DNA of 64,000 bases from positions 70,246,001 to 70,310,000 of the forward strand of contig OX597821.1 of assembly GCA_951406725.2 (NCBI GenBank), written 5' to 3'. Position numbers and translations under genes: made by a program. Positions within the stretch are counted from its first letter, which is position 1, and each line of letters opens with the position of its first letter. This document shows positions 54,125-64,000 of the stretch, one piece after another. Below the pieces are notes generated by a model. That model was not told the DNA's origin, did not search any database, and was given only the letters and a program-made list of their open reading frames with translations. This stretch comes from Octopus vulgaris (taxonomy: Eukaryota).

Positions 54125-56120
54125 GAAATTATTGATAAAGAGAGAGAAGTGCGTGGAGTGGACATAGCACGTCAATAGGACAGAAGCACGTCGACGATCT
54201 GTACCATCCTGAAGAAAAAGGATGAGATCGAGGCTATTATAACAGCAAAGGGTGTCTCCAGGCTCTCTAAGCAATACACATCTGTCCACGAAAGGATGGA
54301 AAAATTGCTTCTGTGAATCAACGAGAAACAATTCACAGGGGATACGATTAGAAGACTATCATCTGCGAGAAAGCACGAGCACTGTATGGGGATCTCCTGA
54401 AGCAGAACCCTGAAACATCGACGCATTTAAGGCCAGTCGCGGCTGGTTTGATAATTTCAAGAAGAGGACTGGTGTTCATATCGTCGTCAGGTATGGAGAA
54501 GCAGCGAGTTCTGACAAGGAGGCAGCTGAAGATTACGTGCGTGAATTCCATCAGCTCATCGCAGCCGAGGGGTACATCGCACAACAGGTATTCAACTGTG
54601 ACGAAACAGGCCTTTTTCGGGAAAAAATGCCCAGAAGAACCTACATAACTGCAGCGGAGAAGAAAATGCCAGGCCACAAACCTATGAAAGATAGGCTAAC
54701 TTTTGCCCTTTGTGCCTATGCGAGTGGGGACTTGAAGATTAAGCTGCTCCTTGTCTACCTTTCCGAAAACCCACGAGCGTTCAACTCGAACAAAATCCAG
54801 AAGGAGAAACTGCAGGTCTTGTGGAGGGTCACCAGGCAATTCTTCACCAAGTGGGTTGGCCTTGTCTTCGGGCCAGCAATGAAAAAGTACCTTCTGGAGA
54901 ACGATCTTCCTCTCAAGGCCCTTCTCATCCTCAACAAAGTTCCTGCCCACCCTCTTAACCTCGAAGATGATATCTTGGACGAATTTAAATTTATAAAATT
55001 TATGTACCTTTCACGCAATAGCACCCCTAATTTGCAGTCCGGACCAACAGAGGATTTCTAATTTTAAGAAATTGTACACCATACACCTGTTTCGTCGATG
55101 CTTTGAAGTCACCGAAAATACAAATTTTACCCTCAGTGAGTTTTGGAAGAAGCACTACAACATTGTAAACTGCCTGTAAATCATCGAAATGGCCTTGCAG
55201 GGTGTAACGAGGAGAGCGCTGAGTTCTGCATGGAGAAAACTGTGGCCTGACTGAGTATCTGAAAGAGACTTCAAGGGGTTTGAATGTGAGACACTTGTGG
55301 TCGAGAAGATAGTGTCTCTTTGCAAGTCCATGGGACTCGAAGTTAACGATGGGGACATTAACGATCTCGTCAAGGAACACTCAGAGGAGTTGAGGACAGG
55401 TGAACTCCTGCAGTGTCAGGAGCAGCAGTATTTGGATGCGGTGGAAGAGAGAGAGGTTCCCCAGAAGAGAACAGTGTAGCGGAGACTTCTATCTCTACGA
55501 CTGACATAAAGGCAGTGTTGGCAAAGTGGCAGTGTGGTTCTGAATTTGTAGACCAATATAATCCTGAAAAAGTAGCTGCGGGTCGTGCAGTTACTCTCTT
55601 TAATGACTCTGCTCTGACGCATTTTTGCAACATTTTGAAAGGCAGGTATAGGAAGACTTCTCTTGGTATGTTTCTAATGAAACGACCTACAAGTGTAAAG
55701 AGGGGAAAAAGTGTGTCCAAAAAGCCTAAATTAAGCGAAGTGAGAGAGAAAACGCCACAAAGTGTTCTTCCTGAATTCTTAATGGAAGGAGACTCTCTTT
55801 CCAAACAGTAATCCTCCTCCACCCCGCCCCATCCTCTTCCTCGCGCACAAATTGCCCCATCTTTAAGGCTAATTCAGTTAATAAAACCAGTTTACAGATT
55901 TCTTTTACATTCTCTTTTTTTTAATTGTTATTTTACTTGTAACTACACCTTTTTTGTTTTAAACCACCACCCCCAATTATTTTTGGGCGGTTTTGTGGGG
56001 CTGGAACGGATTAATTATATTTTAGTTAATTACAATGGAGGAAATTGATTTGTAAAACGAGTAAATCGTAAAACGAGCTCGGTTACGGAACGAATTAAAC
56101 TCGTGATGCGAAGTATCACT
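54125..56120 (+). mobile_element. Tigger/pogo DNA transposon, 5'-truncated and degenerate
   Basis: FKASRGWFDNFKKR, GEAASSD, QVFNCDETGLF, GHKPMKDRLT, SENPRAF; 3' terminus GGAACGAATTAAACTCGTGATGCGAAGTATCACT next to (TA)n. Confidence 0.92.
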
Positions 56121-56143
56121 ATATATATATATATATATATTGC

Positions 56144-56244
<101 letters not shown>

Positions 56245-56627
56245 TAAATAAGGGCAAGAGAAAATAATTTTCTTTGCCAGTATGCTGAAAAATAGACGCT
56301 AAATCGTCTAACCACATAAAATGTTTTCTCTATATCACACCACATGTCGAAAATAATATAGTGAAAACATTTCATGTATTTAGACGATTTAGCGTCTATT
56401 TTCCAGCATACAGGCAAAGAAAATTATTTTCTTTTGCCCTTATTGTATTTACTTTTATAATTGCATTTATAATTTTTATCTTAAAAGGTATTTTCATATG
56501 CTAGCTACAGACAAAATTTTTTAATAAACTTTTATCCATATATATAGAAGTATGTCTGTGTGTGTGTATGTGTGTGTGTGCGCGCGTGTGCGTGTATAGA
56601 TAGATAAATAGATAGATAGGAAGGAAG

Positions 56628-57640
56628 GTCTCTCTTTCTCTCTGCTCCCTCACTCTACTTCTCTCCTCTCTTCATCTAACCTCCCTCCTACTTCCTCACA
56701 TCCAACTCTCCTCTCTTGCTCCGAATCCTACTTCTCTTCACTCCTACTTCTCTTCACCCCTACTTCCTTTCCCCCTTCTCTCTTACTCTCTTTCCCTCTT
56801 CTCTCTTACTCTCTTTCTCTCTTCTCTCTTTCTCTCTTCTCTCTTACTCTCTTTCTCTCTTCCTTCTTTCTCTCTTCTCTCTTATTCTCTCTCTCTCTCT
56901 TCTCTCTTACTCTTTCACCATCTCTTCCTCTCTCTCTCATTCTCTCTTACTCTTTCACCCTCTCTTTCTCTCTTCTCTCCTCCTCTCTCTCCTTACATAC
57001 CCACCTTCCCCTCTCCCATAAGCACACCCATTCTTACACATTCCTACTCCACCTTCCTTATCCTTCCCATCCCCCCATCCTATCCCACACACCCTCGCCC
57101 ACATACCCCACCTCTACCTACCCTCTGCCTACCCACAAACCCCAACTCTCAGCCGAACCCACACCCCACCCGTGCTTTCCCCACTCTCGCCTCCCCCACC
57201 TCCCAACAACATCACACCACACCACACTACACCATACAACATTACACATCTCATCACAACACACCACCCACAAACCCATCCCCACATTCTCACACCTATA
57301 CATACATGCACGTACATGTCCAGACCACCAGCCCTCTTTCACACGCACATACATACTCTCTTATACACACACGCACCTTTGTGTTGGGGGTCATCTTTAC
57401 TTTCTTATCTCCTCTACTTTCCCCTCTCGTGTGTGACCCTTCTGTCCGAGTCAGTCGCCATAATCGATCGCTAGCCACTACACACATTTTTCTCTCCTTG
57501 TTTTTTCTGTGTCCCTTTCTGTAGAAGAGCGTAGGCTCGAAACGTAAAAGACTTTTTCTATTCCTGAGCGTTATACTAATACATTTGTTTGTTTGTACTC
57601 CACCTGCCTTCGTCTTTTGTTTTTTTCGTAAACTCTCCCT
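56628..57640 (+). mobile_element. 3' non-coding portion of the Penelope-like element (same family as 4423-5645)
   Basis: CTCTCCTCTCTTGCTCCGAATCCTACTTC, GTGTGACCCTTCTGTCC and GATCGCTAGCCACTACACA match the 4.4-4.9 kb copy; flanked by (TAGA)n. Confidence 0.85.
57515..57550 (+). ncRNA. minimal type I hammerhead-like motif, variant core CUGUAGA
   Basis: CTTT-CTGTAGA-A-GAGC-GTAG-GCTC-GAA-ACGT-A-AAAG: all stems intact, GUA triplet, A6 replaced by U. Confidence 0.7.
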
Positions 57641-57654
57641 AGATAGATAGATAA

Positions 57655-57745
<91 letters not shown>

Positions 57746-58722
57746 CCTTTATCATCCAGTCACTTTGAAATTAGACTTTCCGTCAATTTTCTCGGTCTTT
57801 ACTCATTTTAAAATGTGAAACACTAGAATTTAACATTTGGTTTCCGGAGGAAAAATGAGAAATATCCAAAAATCTCACGTTTATTAATTTTACTGCATGA
57901 TCTCACTCACATATTCTCCACGCATTAAATGCTAATAAATTACCGTATAAGCACACTTTATTGAATATGACGAAACCAAATTCTTTAACGTATTATATAT
58001 TACTCCGTATATATATATATATGCGTCCCAATATTAACTGTTCAATATATATTAATCCATTGACTTGCATATCGTACTTTATACATTTTTATAGTCGCAT
58101 GCTTATATATTGACCACGTCACATCAACAAATTTCCATTTCTTCTAAATTCTTTTCTTTCTGACAGTTTCGCATTTCCAACTTTATTAGTAATAAATTTT
58201 ACTCATTTTCAGCCTCCATTCGCTCCCCTCCCATTTTCAACAACCGTTTATTTTTAACCATTACTAATTTTTTTCATTCACACTTAATTTCATTTAAGAA
58301 TCAGTTGATGTCACGTTACCTCCTTCGCATATAATAAAATCTATTGATTTAATTTTTTTGTCTAACTCTGCATTACTTACCGTGTTTATTGTGTAGGTCT
58401 CCACCCAATAACAGCATAAATTGTTTTCTATAAATATGCAACTCCTCCTAATTCCTCGCCGTTCTTCCATTCACTTTTATTTCTTTCTTCCTCTCCTTCT
58501 GTAATCGTTCCTCAATATAATATCTTTATATTTGTATGAACAATTTCAAGCCTTCAATTAGTATTTTGACAGTTCTGTCTGGAACCGAAACAGAATAGAT
58601 TCTACATTGCTAGATTTAATTTAAATCAAAATAACACCCAGGTCCCTTCTTTGGAGCTCATGATTTTCCATGTCGTAAAAAGCCAGAAAAATTCCTCTCA
58701 CTCTCCCCGTTTCTTCCTTTAT

Positions 58723-58778
<56 letters not shown>

Positions 58779-59570
58779 GTATATGTATATATGAGCGTGT
58801 GGGAGGATGTGCGTGCGTACATGCGTACGTTATTTTATTCTTTTGCTCTTATTATTTTAGGCCTTTGGACTGCAGTCAATCTAAAGCATCGAATACAAGA
58901 CTTTAACCAATTACAACGTATTTATTTAGTTTACTGACATTATGCCGATATATATTTACAGAGTAAGTGTCTGGGTGACGGTTTTTGCAAATATAACCAT
59001 TGTTAAGCGACTGCATTGTGTACATGGCCACAACACTTGAAAAAAAATTGCAACGCTTTCTCTTAAAAGCGCTAAACAGAAAATTCATTTATGAATAGAA
59101 AGCACCACCATATGAACATTTCAAAGAAACTGAGCCGATGCTTATTCGTCGAAGGAAGGCTAAGAGAGCGAATATTGAAATTCAGTTGTGTTTGGAATGG
59201 GTCACTTCATACAATCATTGGTTCAGTTAGTGACGTTTTAGTATGACGGAGAAATATCATATCATAAATGAGCCTTAAAAAAGTACTGAACAGATTGCTT
59301 GAAATCATGTTGACAATCCGAAACATTATGACAGCGTTTCTAACATCTCATTTCGGGAGGAAATTATGGAGTAATGGTGACGTCAAACATCATGTGATAT
59401 ACCACCATTTTCTGTTGACAAAGATGTCAGAAATCACTGCAGTTATGTACAAAAGACAAGATACTAACGTGAAACCATTGTAACAGAAATAGCTAGAAAC
59501 ACTAGCTGTCTATGCAAATATGATTATACATACATATAAATGTGTGTGAGTGTTTCTGTGTGTCTAAGTC

Positions 59571-59628
<58 letters not shown>

Positions 59629-59767
59629 GGGAGATTTTTCACTACATGTTTCTAGTCATGTGTGCAATATTTTGAGATCCTCCTAAAATATATTACTGTA
59701 AATAGCTCACAAGAAATATACATGCGCCATATGCTAGAAAGAATTTATATATATATATATATATATA

Positions 59768-60761
59768 TTGTATAAAAGGGCTTAGTAAAATAAATTACTT
59801 TGCCACATACTGAACTCATTAGAAATAGCAGCCAAAAAAAGATTTTTTAGCCATTTCTAATACTTAAAGAAAATTTCTCTCAGATAGTGTTTACTCAAAA
59901 TAACCCACGAAGGTATGGGGGTAAAAACATTAAAAAATCACAAGTGCAAAGATTATTTGAGAACGTACGTTTCTAGATCAGCCAAATACAATTCGACATT
60001 TCTTTCGTCAGCCCAAAATTTCTTAGTTCGGATTTGGAAACACTGAAAGTAGGAGCATACCCTTTTGGCGACTTTTCACCTCAGAAGATCCGTTCAAACT
60101 AACAGTGCCAACAAATTCAAAATATGCAAGCGAAGAATTCCTGCTCTCCCCCTTCCACCCACGTGGGTCAGACTAGTAAACACCATATTTTATCGGTGAA
60201 AACCGAGGCATTAAACAGAGAGAAATGAATTATAATTTCAACAATTGAGGGTAAAATTAATTAGTTATTAATCAATTTCACCAAGTATTCAGTATGTAAA
60301 GGGACCATTTAAGGCGAATTCAAAATATTACATTGTATAAAAGGGCTTAGTAAAATAAATTACTTTGCCACATACTGAACTCATTAGAAATAGCAGCCAA
60401 AAAAATATTTTTAGCCATTTCTAATACTTAAAGAAATGTCGAATTGTATTTGACTGATCTAGAAACGTACGTTCTCAAATAATCTTTGCACTTGTGATTT
60501 TTTAATGTTTTTACCCCCATACCTTCGTGGGTTATTTTGAGTAAACACTATCTGAGAGAAATTTTCTTTAAGTATTAGAAATGGCTAAAAAATCTTTTTT
60601 TGGCTGCTATTTCTAATGAGTTCAGTATGTGGCAAAGTAATTTATTTTACTAAGCCCTTTTATACAATGTAATATTTTGAATTCGCCTTAAATGGTCCCT
60701 TTACATACTGAATACTTGGTGAAATTGATTAATAACTAATTAATTTTACCCTCAATTGTTG

Positions 60762-60769
<8 letters not shown>
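59768..60769. mobile_element. ORF-less hammerhead-bearing element with partial tandem (period ~565) and inverted copies, between two (TA)n tracts
   Basis: 59768-59872 recurs at 60333-60436; 60430-60668 is the reverse complement of 59768-60005; 60668-60769 is the reverse complement of 60231-60332. Confidence 0.85.
59956..60017 (-). ncRNA. type I hammerhead ribozyme candidate with extended stem II
   Basis: Minus strand: TTTGGG-CTGACGA-AAGA..GTCGAA-TTGTA-TTTGGC..TCTA-GAA-AC-GTAC-GT-T-CTCAAA. 6-bp stem I and palindromic ACGUACGU stem III; the base of stem II is imperfect. Confidence 0.72.
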
Positions 60770-60808
<39 letters not shown>

Positions 60809-60908
60809 AAGCTAGTAGCCAGCCATTTGGCATTTACCTCTAGCGCATAGCTGTGGTAAATCCGCACCCTTTAATATAATTATCTATATAATTATAAACT
60901 TAGTATAC

Positions 60909-60954
<46 letters not shown>

Positions 60955-61509
60955 TGCCTGTGTATAATACATAAGTATACTCGTAAAAGTTTATCTCTAG
61001 ATATGTTCCCTATCGTTCCCTCTATAATTATTTGAGTTCTTTCTTCAAACTCCATTGATGGAATTCAAATAATGAAACGATAGATGCTAAAATTTAAAAT
61101 TTAGGCGAGTCTTGATTCCTTTTAATCGTTTTAATGTCGTATCACATTTGGTATTGAAACATTTCAGTATCTTATCGCTCTCTAAGCATGGTTCAATTTT
61201 CAGATTTCCTGAAACCTCAGTTTAAAGTCTTCCCTACGTAAAATATTTTCGTTATGCTGAATTAATGTATATTTTCAATGTTTATATGTGTGTGAATGTG
61301 TATGTGGCTAAAAATATAGATATTTGGCGGATTGGTACGATCAAGAGTATCTTGTATTCACGTTCTCAGTTCAGATCCCATCCTTCTAAGTTTAAATCAG
61401 CTTTAGCTTTCACCCCTTCGGGCTCAATAAGCTATAGCTCCAGTCAAGCAGTGAGGCGGACATAATTGATCGTTCTGGCTATTTGAGTTATCATTATTAA
61501 TACATATGA

Positions 61510-62300
61510 AAGCGGCGAGCTGGCAGAAACGTTAGCACACCGGGCGAAATGCGTAGCCGTATTTCGTCTGCCGTTACGTTCTGAGTTCAAATTCCGCCGA
61601 GGTCGCCTTTGCCTTTCACCTTTTCGGGGTCGATTAAATAAGTACCAGTAATGCATTGGGATCGATATAATCGACTTAATCCGTTTGTCTGCACTTCTTT
61701 ATCCCCTCTATGTGTAGCTCCCTGTGCGCAATAAAGAAATAAGAAACGTTAGCACACCGGGCGAAATGCTTGCCTTTACGTTCAGAGTTCAAATTCCGCC
61801 GAGGTCCATTTTGCCTTTCATCCGTTCGGGGTCGATTAATTCAGTACTTGTTACGTAACTGGGGTCGATCTAAAAGTTTCGGGCTTTATGCCTAAAGTAG
61901 AAAAGATTATTAATACATATGAAAGCGGCGAGCTGCCAGAATCGTTATCACGCCGGACGAAATGCTTAGCCGTATTTCGCCCGTCGCTACGTTCTGAGTT
62001 CAAATTCTGCCGAGGTCGACTTTGCCTTTCATCCGTTCGGGGTCGATGAAAAAAGGGCTAGTCGAGCACTGGGACCAATTTAATCGACCAGTCACCTCCC
62101 CACACATTTCCGGACTTGTGCCTAGAGACGAAAGGATTATTAATACGTACGTGAGGTGACGATCTGGCAGATCGTTAGCACTCCGGATAAGAATTTACCG
62201 ACATATCGTCCGTTTTTACGTTCTGAGCTCAAATTCCGCCGATGTAATCAACTTAACCCCCACCCCTCACTATTGCTGGCCATGTGTCAAAATTTGAAAC
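61510..62300 (+). mobile_element. cluster of four SINE family A-related units
   Basis: Repeated heads or bodies at ~61510, ~61742, ~61922 and ~62153; TTATTAATACATATGAAAGCGGCGAGCTG recurs at 61494 and 61907. Confidence 0.85.
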
Positions 62301-62444
62301 CATCATTAGTATGTATGTGTATGTGTTTCTGGGCATGTAGGTGTTCCGTTCTGTGTGTGTGTGAGTGCGCGCATGTGTGTGTGCATGTGTGTGAGTGTAT
62401 GCGTGTGTGTGTGTGTGTGTGCGCGTTTAATTATATATATACAT

Positions 62445-62508
<64 letters not shown>

Positions 62509-62571
62509 ATGTATATGTATATATATATATATGAACATATATATATCTATATATATATATATATATATATA

Positions 62572-63180
62572 TCATTGTTCAGTTTTGTTTAAATATTTCT
62601 TGACAGTAGAGAAGGAACCGGTTTCTAACCTAGATCCAAATACCCTTTATTGGAATTTCAACACCAACAACAGGGTATTTTTGTATGTATGTACGTACGT
62701 ATGTATGTACGTACGTATGTATACGTGAATGTATATGTGCAGATTTGTATGTATTGTCATGCATATAGTTGCATATCTAGACTTGCTCAGATATATTTTG
62801 ATGATAAACTTCTGGAAAGTTTTACAGATTTTTACAGTTCCAGTAATGGATTGCAGTCTTCGAATTAGCTTTCTCTTTTCTGGTTTTGAGAAGCCTAATC
62901 TCTCAAGATTGGTATTTAGGCAGTGTGTTACATATCCCAGAGCCCCAGTCATCACAGGTATAAACCTGAACTTGGAATCTGGATAGAGTAACTGCAGATT
63001 TCTCAATAGTTCATCATAGGTGTTCTCTTGTCCATTCATTTACATCTTTATTTTAACCTCTGCTTGGCAGCTAATTTCCACAACTGTTCACAGTTTCTCT
63101 TCTCTATCCAATTTCATTATATCAGGTCTGTTTTATTGAGGTCTTCACTGGCACATTCCACCATGTTGTGCTTACATTTA
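62572..63180 (-). mobile_element. R4/Dong-like LINE 3' end: restriction-like endonuclease remnant plus 3' UTR
   Basis: WWNVPVKT..RPDIMKLDREEKL.TVVEISC (PD..E), ENTYDELLRNLQLLYP..FIPVMTGALG..GTVKICKTF; the 3' end joins (TA)n. Confidence 0.85.
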
Positions 63181-63871
63181 TTGTATGTATGTATGTATGT
63201 ATGTATGTATGTATGTATGTATGTATGTATGTATGTATGTATGTATGTATGTGTGTATGCATGTATGTATGTATGTATGTATGTATGTATGTATGTATAT
63301 ATGTATGTATGCATGCAGGCATGCATGTATGTATGTATATATATGTATGTCTGTACATACATACATGCATATACAAATATAAAAGCATGCATATAATGCA
63401 TAAATACACACACACACACATATATTTTAGCCTCTGCTTGGCACCTAATTTCCACAACTGTACACAGTTTCTCTTCTCTATCCAATTTCATTATATCAGG
63501 TCTGTTGTGCTTAAATTTTATTGTGGTCTTCACTGGCACATTCCACGATGTTGTGCTTACATTTTATTGTATGTATGTATGTCTGTATGTATGTATGTAT
63601 GTATGTATGTATGTATGTATGTATGTATGTATGAATGTATGTATGTATGTATGTATGTATGTATGAATGTATGTATGTATGTATGTATGTATGTGTGTAT
63701 GCACGTGTGTATGTATGTATATATGTATATATGTATGTATGCATGCATGCAGGCATGCATGTATGTATGTATATATATATATGTATGTCTGTACATACAC
63801 ACATACATGCATATACAAATATAAAAGCATGCATATAATGCATAAATACACACACACACGCACATATATTT
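63051..63871. repeat. tandem duplication of an RLE fragment plus (TATG)n flank (two units, ~375 and ~445 bp)
   Basis: CCTCTGCTTGGCA.CTAATTTCCACAACTG at ~63057 and ~63431; ATACAAATATAAAAGCATGCATATAATGCATAAATACACAC at ~63371 and ~63813. Confidence 0.88.
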
Positions 63872-64000
63872 ACTTTTACATATGCGTATGAGAGTGTACA
63901 TAGGTTTGTAAATATATTTGTGCCGCTGCATGTGCTCGCGAGCCTGCGCCGCCAACGTTTATGTATGTGTGAGAACGTGTCCATTTGTGTGTGGGCACGT

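Noticed and set aside
59100-59483. Possible hAT transposase C-terminal remnant
   Set aside because: Only vague resemblance (LLEIMLTI); the diagnostic ERxFS motif is absent.

Overview
AT-rich eukaryotic non-coding DNA, very dense in microsatellites. The tRNA-derived SINE families and (TA)n/(TACA)n/(TAGA)n load strongly suggest an octopus-like cephalopod genome (inference from recognised repeat families). No intact host protein-coding gene is supported: almost all ORFs in the track are translations of simple repeats. The real coding remnants are decayed transposons: a Penelope-like element (RT thumb + GIY-YIG), three mariners, a Tigger/pogo, a Chapaev3-type element with intact ends and TTA TSD, and RTE, CR1-like and R4/Dong-like LINE fragments. 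Two Helitron-type elements and at least three SINE families are also present. The most notable signal is a set of at least four sequence families of minimal type I hammerhead-ribozyme motifs in short elements anchored in (TA)n/(TAGA)n tracts. Two families show non-canonical cores (CUGU[A/G]GA; CCGACGA). One sits in a ~565-nt ORF-less unit arranged as partial tandem plus inverted copies (59768-60769), resembling a retrozyme or non-autonomous Penelope satellite. Other oddities: SINE tandem arrays with recurring junctions, a perfect 72-bp palindrome, and a 24-bp minisatellite with a 115-codon open frame running off the window start. All calls were made by eye and ribozyme activity is untested.
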